Origin: Thalassobaculaceae bacterium | GTDB taxonomy: Bacteria > Pseudomonadota > Alphaproteobacteria > Thalassobaculales > Thalassobaculaceae | DNA: 64,000 bases | NCBI GenBank assembly: GCA_963422445.2 | Contig: OY729512.2 | Coordinates: 4,787,566 to 4,851,565, forward strand | Direction: 5' to 3' | Shown: positions 40,801 to 50,408 of the stretch, in pieces | Layout of the letters: each line of letters begins with the position of its first letter | Numbering within the stretch: the first letter of the stretch is position 1 | Notes under the pieces: generated by a model | Databases searched by the model: none | The model's input: the letters and a program-made list of their open reading frames with translations, nothing else | What the model was told of the DNA's origin: nothing | Made by a program: the position numbers and the translations under genes

Positions 40801-42300
40801 AGAGCTTCTTGCAAAATTGCCGGCCCGACCGGTTTTTTGCCTTCTCGAGGCTGATTTTGTTGTCGAGGGCCTGGGTTTCGGGGCCACCCGTGGTCTGTTG
40901 TGTTTCTACAATAACAAGATACTAGGGAGGTAACCCCGATGACCCTTGGCTCGACCCTATCCGATCTCTGGCACCGATTTCAAGGGGACCTTTTCCCTGC
41001 GTTGGCCGAGGCGGTCGGTCCTCTCCTCGAGACGCACAAGCGCTTCGTGACAGCTCTCGATCTCGTCAAGGTGGAGGGCTTCGTCGATGAGATGTGGACC
41101 GGTCCGGGTCGGCCCCGGGAGGATCGCCGGGCGCTGGCCCGTGGCTTCATCGCCAAGGCGGTGTGGGGTCTGCCGACGACCCGCCATCTGATCGACAGGC
41201 TCAAGGTGGACCCGACGTTGCGCCGGCTGTGCGGCTGGTCGCGTGTCGCGGAGATCCCGAGTGAAGCGACGTTTTCGCGGGCGTTTGCCGAATTTTCGCA
41301 GTCCCGTCTTCCGGAGAGGATGCACGCGGCTCTGGTTGCAGAGACACTGGGCGATGCGCTCATCGGCCACGTGTCGCGGGACTCGACGGCCATCGAGGCC
41401 CGGGAGACGCCGGCCCCGACGCCGAAGGCCAGGACGCCGAACCGCAAGCGCGGCCGGCCCCGCAAGGGCGCGGAGAGGACGAAGGAGCCTGGGCGTCTCG
41501 AACGGCAAGCGAACGGGATGGATCTCGATGAGAGGCTCGACGCGCTGCCGAAGGTCTGCGATCACGGGGCAAAGAAGACTGCCAAGGGGTCCTGGAGGCC
41601 TGGCGCGGTTACAAGCTGATATCGACACAGCAGACTGCGGGGTGCCGCTGAGGACCGTTCTCACCGCGGCATCCGTCCATGACAGCCAGGTCGCGATCCC
41701 GCTGGCGATGATGACCGCCGGGCGTGTGACCAATCTCTACGATCTCATGGACGCGGCCTATGATGCCAGGGAGATCCACCAGATGAGCGAACGGCTTGGC
41801 CATGTGCCGATCATCGATGTCAATCCGCGCCGGGACAAGGACTCAAGGAGGAGCGAGACCGGGAGGCCCGGGCCCGGCGTGCAATAGGCCATGTCGATCC
41901 CGAGACCGTGCGGGTCCGGATCCGGTCCGGTGTCGAGAGGACCAACGCCCGCCTCAAGGATGAGTGTGGCGGGCACCATGTCCGCGTCCGTGGACATTCC
42001 AGGGTCGCCTGCCATCTCATGTTCGGCATCCTGGCCCTGGCGGCTGACCCGTTGATACGTCTCGCCGTCCCATAGCGCGGCTCCGACGACGCATGCCGAC
42101 CCTTCACGCCCCTCTCGAAGATAGGGGCCCGGAGAGGCGTGTCCCGATGTCCGCAAAGGTCCCTGTTCGGTCTCATCATCTCTGATGAGACACCGAGAAG
42201 CCATGGCTTCCGACCTCCAGATGCAGAGGTGACCGGGATCAACCGACCGATCCGGCCTCACCGGACCCTGGGGACAGGAATTTTGCAAGAGGTTCTCTGG
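40801..42300 (+). mobile_element. IS4/IS5-superfamily insertion sequence (IS1182/IS5-like), copy 2
   Basis: Homologous to 18472-19974 throughout. TATA is present on both sides (40797-40800 and 42301-42304), consistent with a 4-bp TSD. Confidence 0.8.
40939..42075 (+). pseudogene. Transposase of copy 2, broken by at least two frameshifts
   Basis: ORF stops at 41619 (…SWRPGAVTS*) and resumes in another frame (ADIDTADCGVPLRTVLTAASVHDSQ…). A missing C in GACAAGGAC-TCAAGG, relative to copy 1, shifts the frame again near 41840. Confidence 0.8.
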
Positions 42301-42543
42301 TATATCGACGCCTTCGCCGATACCGGCCGGGTCGAACTAGCGGCCCAAGATCAAAGCAAGATTCGCTGCTTTGTCAGTGGTTCTGCCGAACGGGCAATCG
42401 GGATCGACAACAAGTCATTCGACAAACTGATATTCGTTGAGCACGACGCGGAACGTTGCGTCGAGCTAGCAAATCTAAAGGAGAAACATGCCCACAAAGA
42501 TGTCGAAATCGTGAACGATGATGCCAATATGTATCTCACCAGC
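42301..42543 (+). pseudogene. Internal fragment of a TcmP-like (three-Cys-motif partner, methyltransferase-fold) gene
   Basis: YIDAFADTGRVEL...GSAERAIGIDNKSFDKLIFVEHDAERCVELANLKEKHAHKDVEIVNDDANMYLTSL resembles the remembered TcmP pattern YIDxFAGxG...GSPxxAL...FxxxxFxExD...gDxN. Lower GC than surroundings and cut by IS elements on both sides. Confidence 0.35.
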
Positions 42544-43397
42544 CTAGATAGTGTCGTCACGAAATACTAAGCCCAGAGCGCCAGACACCGAATCTGCACC
42601 GCGGCGAGGAACGATGCGGCATTCCTGGCGTATCGCGTGGCAATCCCACGCCAACGCTTGAGCCACAGAAACGCGTTCTCCACCAAATGCCGGTGCCGGT
42701 AGAGATGGGCATCATACGCTCTGGGGTGCTTGCGGTTGCGCTTCGGCGGAACCACTGGAATGACTTCATGCTCCTCACAATAAGACAGGATGGCAGTCGT
42801 GTCATAGGCCTTGTCCGCCAACAAATACTCGGCATCTATCCCTTCAATCAGCTCGACCGCTTGACTGCAATCTGCTGCCGTCCCCTCGGTCAGCAACACC
42901 CGCACCGGCATCCCATGCGCGTCCACAGCCAAGTGCAGCGTCGTGTTCAGCCCCCTTTTGCGCGACCCATCGCCTGATTGCCACCGACCGCACCGCTCGC
43001 ATGGGGATGGACCTTGAGATGACTGGCGTCAATCATCAGCCACTCATCGTCCGGCTCATCCACCAGAGGCTCCAGCAACGCCCCCCAGAGCCCCTTGTCC
43101 CGCCAGCGACAGAACCCGACGATGGGTAGTTTTCCAGTCTCCATAGTCTGGCGGCACATCACGCCAGGGAGCGCCGGTACGCAGAATCCAGAAGATCGCA
43201 TTAATGAACCGTCGATTATCCTGCGCCACCCCACCCCAACGTCCCGCTCGGCCAGGCAGATGAGGCTCCAGCAACAGCCAGACCCTGTCCGAAATGTCGT
43301 GACGCCGATGAGCCATTCCCATGAGTCGCCTCCAAGAACCATCGAGTGAATTCGACAGATAGGACAGATAAACATCACTCATGACGACACTATCTAG
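42544..43397 (-). mobile_element. IS5-family (IS427-group-like) insertion sequence, 854 bp
   Basis: Perfect 16-bp terminal inverted repeat: CTAGATAGTGTCGTCA (42544-42559) and TGACGACACTATCTAG (43382-43397). The outer CTAG/TA may be target duplication. Confidence 0.85.
42567..43316 (-). pseudogene. IS427-group-like transposase split over three frames
   Basis: MAHRRHDISDRVWLLLEPHLPGRAGRWGG...APWRDVPPDYGDWKTTHRR / FCRWRDKGLWGALLEPL...MIDASHLKVHPHASG...GRAKGG / LNTTLHLAVDAHGMPVRVLLTEG...LLADKAYD...YRHRHLVENAFLWLKRWRGIATRY. Confidence 0.8.
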
Positions 43398-43502
43398 TGT
43401 TCTGGTCGAGAAGTTTATTAGAGTACCTGATTCCCCTCGAAGCTAAGTGGTATTTAGTATAGAATATCGCCATGTAGTTTGATGATAGAGAAGGAGAATT
43501 CC

Positions 43503-44574
43503 ATGGCTCGCAACCCGGTTCAGTTCCAGAAAGGAATCAGCCTCAACGAGTTCCTTTCGCTCTATGGAACCGAGGACCAATGCCTCGACGCCATGTACCG
43601 ATGGTGCTGGCCCAACGGGTTCGTGTGCCCGAACTGCGGCCACGACCGAGGCTGCCAGTTGACCACACACAAGCTCCAGCAGTGCTATCGCTGCAACCGC
43701 CAGACCTCCATGACCGCCGGCACCCTCTTCGAGGCCACCAAGCTGCCCCTGACGGTGTGGTTCCAGGGCACCTCCTTCATGACCCAGGACAAGAAAGGTG
43801 CATCGGCGATGACGCTGCACCGCCAACTCGGCATCTCCGACAACGCCGCATGGCGCATGCGCCACACGCTGATGCAGGTGATGTATGGAGCGCGGCCGCG
43901 AGCATGTGCTCGGCGGGTTTATCCAACTCGACGACGCCTCCCTCGGGGGCGAGCGCAGCGGCGGCAAGCGCGGACGTGGGGCACCGGGCAAGACCCCTTT
44001 CGTGGCCGCGGTCGAGACCCATGAGGCGGGACATCCGCAGCGGGTGACGCTCACCGTGGTCGAGGGCTTCCGTCTTACCGAAATCGCCGCCTGGGCGCAG
44101 CAGCACCTGAGCCCGGGCACGCAGGTGCTCTGCGATGGGTTGGCTGCTTCAATGGCGTGACCGCGGCAGGCTGCGTTCATGAGCCGATGGTGACCGGCGG
44201 CGGGAAAGCCGCGGTCGAGCGCCCCGAATTTCGATGGGTGAACACGATCCTCGGCACCATCAAGAACGCTTTGCGCGGCACCTACTGGTTCGAATCTTTC
44301 ACTTCAAACCACTGGAATATTGAGTTGATGGATCAACTTATCAAGACATTTGAATGAGTTATGGTTATCGAACCCTTGCAGGCCGAAGGACTCAAATGTC
44401 TCGGTCGATCCACTACCATGCGGTTCGACCCAAGTATGCGCAGCGCTATCTGGCAGAGTTCGTGGACCGGTTCAATCGTCGCTTCGGCCTGCCTGACATC
44501 ATCCCAGACTGCTCTACGTGGTGCTGAGGACGCCGCCAATGCCGGAACGGCTACTCAAGTTACGCTTGGTTTGA
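43503..44574 (+). pseudogene. IS1595-family transposase, copy A (several frameshifts plus an internal insertion)
   Basis: MARNPVQFQKGISLNEFLSLYGTEDQC...CPNCGHDRGCQ...YRCNRQTS Zn-ribbon. The middle piece MERGREHVLGGFIQLDDASLGGE... and the C-terminal piece ...GCVHEPMVTGGG... are in other frames. Interrupted at 44286-44416. Confidence 0.88.
44286..44416. other. AT-rich (about 42 percent GC by hand count) 125-131-bp insertion inside IS1595 copy A, absent from copy B
   Basis: Copy B reads GGCACCTACCATGTGATTCGACC uninterrupted. Copy A has GGCACCTAC + 131 bp + CATGCGGTTCGACC. Bordered by an imperfect direct repeat CACCTAC / CACTAC. Contains small hairpins GTTGAT-gg-ATCAAC and GACATTTGA...TCAAATGTC. 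Confidence 0.7.
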
Positions 44575-44624
44575 GTGGTAATCAGGTTAGAGTATGTTCA
44601 TCGGTAGTATTGGAGGGATGACCG

Positions 44625-45746
44625 GTGGGCAGAGTGGCCGTAGCGATCACCTTGTCGGGCGCGGAGCGGCATGAGCTGGAAGGGCTGTCGCGGCGGCGCA
44701 AGACGGCGCAGGGACTGGCGCGGCGGGCGCGGATCGTTCTGGCGGCGGCGGACGGGCTGGAGAACAAGTCGATCGTCGATCTTGCAGGGACCGATGCCAG
44801 CACGGTCGGCAAGTGGCGTCGGCGCTTTGCCGAGCCCCGGCTCGACGGGCTCTACGACGAGCCACGCTCCGGGGCTCCGCGCAAGATCGGTGATGAGAAG
44901 ATTGCGCAGGTCATCGCCCGAACCTGGAAGAGACGCCATCGGACAGCACCCATTGGCGCCTGCGTTCGATGGCCCGCGCCGGCCGGGCTATGCGCCGTCG
45001 ACCATCCACCGCATCTGGCAGGCCTTCGGCCTGCAGCCGCACCGCTCGGAGACCTTCAAGCTGTCATCGGACCCGCTGTTTGTGGAGAAGCTACGGGACA
45101 TCGTCGGGCTCTATCTCGACCCGCCCGAGCGCGCGCTCGTACTCTGCGTCGACGAGAAGAGTCAGATCCAGGCGCTCGATCGCACGCAACCGATGCTGCC
45201 CATGCGGTCGGGCCAGGTCGAGCGGCGCACCCACGACTCCATGCGCCACGGCACCACCACGCTCTTCGCGGCGCTGGACATCGCCACCGGCGAGGTTATC
45301 GGACAGTGTTTTGCGCGCCACCGCAGCCGGGAGGTCCTCAAGTTTCTGCGTACTCTCGAAACCCAGGTTCCCGACGAGCTCGACATCCACCTGATGATGG
45401 ACAACTACGCCACCCACAAGACCTCTGCCGTCCAGCCTTGGCTGGACGGCACCCCCGCTGGCATGCCCACTTCACGCCGACCGGAGCCTCCTGGCTCAAC
45501 CAGGTTGAGCGTTTCTTCGCGCTCCTGACCGAGAAACAGCTCAGGCGCCGCGTTCATCGCTCAACCCAGGAACTCGAACAAGCCATTCGGCGCTACATCG
45601 ATACGGTCAACGCAAACCCGAAACCCTTCCGATGGACCAAGTCCGCAGACGACATCCTGGCCACCATCAGACGCTTCTGCCTGAGGGCACTCGATACCGC
45701 CGAACGCCAAAAGGAAGTCATCAAAACTTCCGAATCGCGACACTAG
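44625..45746 (+). pseudogene. IS630-family transposase of copy 4, two frameshifts
   Basis: N-terminus and C-terminus ([17 protein letters not shown]...PFRWTKSADDILATI) are in one frame. The central part ([22 protein letters not shown]...[11 protein letters not shown]...[12 protein letters not shown]) is in another (ORF 44671-45528). Confidence 0.88.
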
Positions 45747-45839
45747 CATGGGATCCCCTTGAACCATAGTCGGTTGGCCTTTGCATTCTGTGCCGAAAGC
45801 CCTATGTTGCGCCGCATCGCGAACGACCGAGAACGCCCC

Positions 45840-47006
45840 ATGTCCACTCTTGCCGACCGCATGAACCATCTCGGGACCGAAACCGCATTCGAAGTCCTCG
45901 CGCGAGCCAACCAGCTCGCGGCTGAAGGCCGTGACATCATCAATCTCGGAATCGGACAGCCCGACTTCAGAACCCCGGACCATATTGTCGAAGCCGCCGC
46001 ACAAGCCCTCAAGGACGGCCATCACGGGTATACCCCAGCCAACGGCATTCCGCCGCTGCGTAAAGCCGTTGCCGATGACCTGCTCCGCCGCACCGGTGTT
46101 TCGGTCGATCCCGGCCAGATCCTGATCGTACCCGGCGGCAAGGTCACGATGTTCCTCGCGATGATGATCTACGGCGAGCCCGGCAACGAGATCCTCTACC
46201 CGAACCCCGGCTTTCCGATCTACGAATCCGCGATTCGCTTCTCTGGCGCCGACGCGGTACCGATCCCGTTGCTTGAAGAAAACGGTTTCGCGTTCTCGGC
46301 CGACGACGTACTGTCGCGCATCACGCCGCGAACCCGCTTGATTGTGCTCAACAGCCCAGCCAATCCGACCGGCGGTGCAGTACCGCGGAAGGAATTCGAT
46401 GCGCTGGCGGCTGGCCTCGCGGACTGGCCCGATGTCGCGGTCATGAGCGACGAGATCTACGGTCAGATGCTCTATGACGGGCGGGAACATGTCAGCCTGC
46501 TGACCTACCCGGAGATCAGAGATCGGCTGATCCTGCTCGACGGCTGGTCAAAGACCTATGCGATGACCGGCTGGCGCCTCGGATACAGCGTCTGGCCGAA
46601 GGGTGTGATCGGCCATGCCGAGAAACTGTGCATCAACGTCCATTCCTGCGTCAACGCATCGGCGCAATTCGCCGGCATCGCCGCGCTCGAAGGGCCGCAG
46701 GACGATGTGCAGGACATGGTCGCGACATTCGACGAGCGCCGCCGCGTCATCGTCGGCGCCCTCAACCAGCTCCCGGGCATCAGCTGCATCGAGCCGGGTG
46801 GCGCGTTTTACGCCTTCCCGAACATCACCGACACCGGCATGAGCTCGAACGCCTTGCAGAAAAAACTGCTCGAAGAGGCCGGTGTTGCCGTCATCTCCGG
46901 CACCAGTTTCGGCGCATTCGGCGAAGGGTATCTTCGGGTCTCCTACGCCAATTCGACCGAGAACATCAAGCTTGCCATGGACCGTATCGGCGCCTGCCTC
47001 ACATGA
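45840..47006 (+). CDS. PLP-dependent aminotransferase (AspC-like); ORF track starts at 45759
   Basis: MSTLADRMNHLGTETAFEVLARANQLAAEGRDIINLGIGQPDF..., NSPANPTGG and GWSKTYAMTGWRLGY (PLP lysine). Confidence 0.88.
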   Translation: MSTLADRMNHLGTETAFEVLARANQLAAEGRDIINLGIGQPDFRTPDHIVEAAAQALKDGHHGYTPANGIPPLRKAVADDLLRRTGVSVDPGQILIVPGGKVTMFLAMMIYGEPGNEILYPNPGFPIYESAIRFSGADAVPIPLLEENGFAFSADDVLSRITPRTRLIVLNSPANPTGGAVPRKEFDALAAGLADWPDVAVMSDEIYGQMLYDGREHVSLLTYPEIRDRLILLDGWSKTYAMTGWRLGYSVWPKGVIGHAEKLCINVHSCVNASAQFAGIAALEGPQDDVQDMVATFDERRRVIVGALNQLPGISCIEPGGAFYAFPNITDTGMSSNALQKKLLEEAGVAVISGTSFGAFGEGYLRVSYANSTENIKLAMDRIGACLT

Positions 47007-47094
47007 GCTTGCAGCAACATTCTGGACAAATTCCAGGCACTTGCCCGTTCATTGGGCAAACAGGACGCGAGTATCGGCCAAACCGAATTTGTAA

Positions 47095-47532
<438 letters not shown>

Positions 47533-47597
47533 TCGCCATCGCCCTGGTACCACGGCGCCGGATTGAACAGACAACCCGACAAACTCCGAAATGAGGA

Positions 47598-49016
47598 ATG
47601 AAGAGAATGACAGACGCAAGCAAGATCATGGAATTGATCGAGGAAAAAGATGTTCGCTTCGTCGACCTGCGGTTCACCGATCCGCGAGGCAAGATGCAGC
47701 ATCTTACGCAGGCGATTTCAACAGTGGACGAGGAGTCGCTGGCCGAAGGTTTCATGTTCGACGGTTCGTCTATCGCCGGTTGGAAGGCGATCAATGAATC
47801 CGACATGTGCCTGATGCCGGATCTCGAGCGCGCCACCGTCGACCCGTTTTTCGCCCAGACGACGCTGATCCTGTTCTGCGACGTCCTCGACCCGATCACC
47901 GGCCAGCCCTACAACCGCGACCCGCGCTCGACGGCCAAGGCGGCGGTCAACTACATGGAAAGCCTCGGAATCGGCGATACGGCGTTTTTCGGGCCTGAAG
48001 CCGAGTTCTTCGTGTTCGACGACGTCAAATTCGACGTCCAGATGAACCGGGCCTATTACGAAGTCGACAGCATGGAAGGCCCGTATAACGGCGCCCGCGA
48101 CTACGAAGAAGGTAATCCTGGCCATCGCCCCGGCGTGAAAGGTGGCTATTTCCCGGTACCACCGGTCGATTCCGAACAGGATCTGCGCAGCGAGATGCTC
48201 GCGGTCATGGAAGAAATGGGTGTCGAGGTGGAAAAACACCATCACGAAGTCGCTCCGTCGCAGCATGAACTCGGCGTGAAGTTCAGCACGCTGATTGCGA
48301 CCGCAGACAATCTGCAGGTTTACAAATACGTGGTCCATCAGGTCGCCGCGACCTATGGCAAGACGGCAACCTTCATGCCAAAACCGGTCGCCGGCGACAA
48401 CGGTTCCGGCATGCATGTCCACCAGTCGATCTGGAAGGGCGGCAGCCCGATATTCGCAGGATCGGGCTATGCCGACCTCTCGGACACGGCCCTTTACTAT
48501 ATCGGCGGTATCATGCGACACGCTCGGGCTATCAATGCGTTCACCAACTCGATCACCAACAGCTACAAGCGGCTGGTTCCGGGGTTTGAGGCACCGGTGC
48601 TGTTGGCCTATTCGTCACGCAACCGCTCTGCGTCCTGTCGCATTCCCCATGTCAACAGTCCGAACGGAAAGCGGGTCGAGGTCCGTTTCCCGGATGCCGC
48701 GAGCAATCCTTATCTCGGGTTTTCGGCGATGTTGATGGCCGGCCTCGACGGCATTCAGAACCGCATCCATCCAGGAGAACCGATGGACAAGGATCTGTAC
48801 GACCTGCCGCCGGAAGAACTCACTGATATCCCGACGGTGTGCGGGTCGCTGCGCGAGGCGCTGGATGCGCTTGACAAGGACCGGGCCTTCCTGACGGCCG
48901 GCGACGTGTTCGACGACGACCAGATCGACGCCTATATCGAACTCAAGATGGAAGAGGTGCTCGCCTTCGAGCAGACCCCGCATCCGATCGAGTTCCAGAT
49001 GTACTATTCGGTCTGA
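47598..49016 (+). CDS. glnA: Glutamine synthetase type I
   Basis: 472 aa with [31 protein letters not shown] and [13 protein letters not shown] motifs. glnB-glnA arrangement. Confidence 0.96.
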   Translation: MKRMTDASKIMELIEEKDVRFVDLRFTDPRGKMQHLTQAISTVDEESLAEGFMFDGSSIAGWKAINESDMCLMPDLERATVDPFFAQTTLILFCDVLDPITGQPYNRDPRSTAKAAVNYMESLGIGDTAFFGPEAEFFVFDDVKFDVQMNRAYYEVDSMEGPYNGARDYEEGNPGHRPGVKGGYFPVPPVDSEQDLRSEMLAVMEEMGVEVEKHHHEVAPSQHELGVKFSTLIATADNLQVYKYVVHQVAATYGKTATFMPKPVAGDNGSGMHVHQSIWKGGSPIFAGSGYADLSDTALYYIGGIMRHARAINAFTNSITNSYKRLVPGFEAPVLLAYSSRNRSASCRIPHVNSPNGKRVEVRFPDAASNPYLGFSAMLMAGLDGIQNRIHPGEPMDKDLYDLPPEELTDIPTVCGSLREALDALDKDRAFLTAGDVFDDDQIDAYIELKMEEVLAFEQTPHPIEFQMYYSV

Positions 49017-49076
49017 GCTCGCTCCGTCCCGATGAAAACGGACGGGCCACCCTTGGGCGGTCCGTCCGCGTTCCGG

Positions 49077-50237
49077 TCAGGCGCCAGATGACCCGGATTC
49101 CTGCGTGACCTGATAGAAGGATGGTGCCTTCAACCCGCTCCCGGTCAGGATAACCGCTGTCGTCTGCCGCTCATCAATAGCGCCACCGCGACACAACAGC
49201 TCGAAACCACAGGCTGCAATGGCGCTGGTTGGCTCGACGAACAAGCCGTCACCCGCAAGAGCAAGCGCGGCTGAACGGATCGAGTCTTCGGAAACGCTGA
49301 CTGCGCCACCGCACGATCTTCTGATTGCCGCCAACACCGCCTTGATCCGGATCGGCCGTCTGATCGCCGTTCCCTCGGCAATCGTCGGAGCAATCCTGCA
49401 ATTGACATGATCATCGGCACCTGCAGTCACCGCGGCAACGATCGACGCGCAATTGGCCGGCTGCACGACAAACAGCCGCGGCAGGCGTTCGATTTCACTA
49501 GCCGCCAGCAACTCACGAAACGCGAGGTCGCAGCCAAGGACGTTACTGCCGGCTCCCGTCGGAATAACGATATTGTCGGGGGCGCGAAACCCCAGATCCT
49601 CCCAGAGTTCGTAACCGAGTGTCTTGGTGCCCTGAATGAAGAACGGATGCCAGTTATGGCTGGCATAAAACACCGTTTCCGCCATTGCCAGCGCCGCCGC
49701 CCCGGTTGCCTCTCGTGGCCCCGGGATCAGCCGGATCTGACCATTCAGCGCCGCGATCTGCCCGATCTTCGACGCCTCCGTTCCAGTCGGCGCCAAGATA
49801 TGCGTCTTGAGACCGGCGGCAGCCCCGTAGGCGGCAATCGCGGCACCACCATTGCCGGAACTGTCTTCGACCAGTTCCCTGACCCCCTGCTGCCGCAGAA
49901 TAGAGATCATGACCGATGCGCCACGGTCCTTGAAGGATCCGGTCGGCATCATCCAGTCGAGCTTGAACCAAACATCATTGCCGCGAAACTGGCGCCGAAC
50001 CAGAGGCGTGCAGCCCTCCCCCAGACTGACCGGATCCGGTACAATGAGAGGCAACGCCGCACGATAACGCCAGATTGAACGTTCGCTATGATCGATCCGG
50101 TTTCGTGAGATGCCAGGCAGGTCGGAAACCCGTAACGTATTGCCGGTGTCGGAACGCCAACGCGGCACGTCAAGCGGGTAAATCGTGCCGTCAACCTCGT
50201 CGATCAGGACGGCATCGCCAGAGGAGTCATCAGTCAT
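49077..50237 (-). CDS. Threonine-synthase-like PLP-dependent enzyme (ORF extends to 50402; Met 50237 preferred)
   Basis: GEGCTPLV...KLDWMMPTGSFKDRGASVMIS...DSSGNGGAAIAAY is the fold-type II PLP lysine context. Confidence 0.75.
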   Translation of the reverse strand: MTDDSSGDAVLIDEVDGTIYPLDVPRWRSDTGNTLRVSDLPGISRNRIDHSERSIWRYRAALPLIVPDPVSLGEGCTPLVRRQFRGNDVWFKLDWMMPTGSFKDRGASVMISILRQQGVRELVEDSSGNGGAAIAAYGAAAGLKTHILAPTGTEASKIGQIAALNGQIRLIPGPREATGAAALAMAETVFYASHNWHPFFIQGTKTLGYELWEDLGFRAPDNIVIPTGAGSNVLGCDLAFRELLAASEIERLPRLFVVQPANCASIVAAVTAGADDHVNCRIAPTIAEGTAIRRPIRIKAVLAAIRRSCGGAVSVSEDSIRSAALALAGDGLFVEPTSAIAACGFELLCRGGAIDERQTTAVILTGSGLKAPSFYQVTQESGSSGA

Positions 50238-50408
50238 GAAACAGCTCGTTCGCATCGTTTTGCCAGCCCGCTGCCGGTCCAGTTGATCAGTGAATTCACT
50301 GTCGTGTCCGTCGGACAAGGCCGACTGTGACATCGGCCGATCAACATACAACATCTTGTAAAATTTTTCGAAGACGATATTCTCGGAATCTCTCTTCTGC
50401 AAGACTTT

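Larger units (their letters stand above)
43426..44586 (+). mobile_element. IS1595-family insertion sequence, copy A
   Basis: TIRs CCTGATTCCCCTCGAAGC / (rc) CCTGATTACCACTCAAAC. Perfect 8-bp TSD TTAGAGTA at 43418-43425 and 44587-44594. Confidence 0.9.
43395..45745 (+). mobile_element. IS630-family insertion sequence, copy 4 (diverged), carrying a nested IS1595 insertion
   Basis: Left end TAGTGTTCTGGTCGAGAAGTTTA and right end (reverse complement) TAGTGTCGCGATTCGGAAGTTTT. Flanked by TA in CTAG. After removing 43426-44586 and one 8-bp TSD, the length is 1182 bp, equal to copies 1 and 2. Confidence 0.85.

Noticed and set aside
47533-47597. A second sigma-54 promoter or NtrC sites between glnB and glnA
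   Set aside because: CTGGTACCACGGCGCC has GG and GC elements, but the spacing is one short of the consensus by my count and there is no TGC -12 core. Too weak to report.
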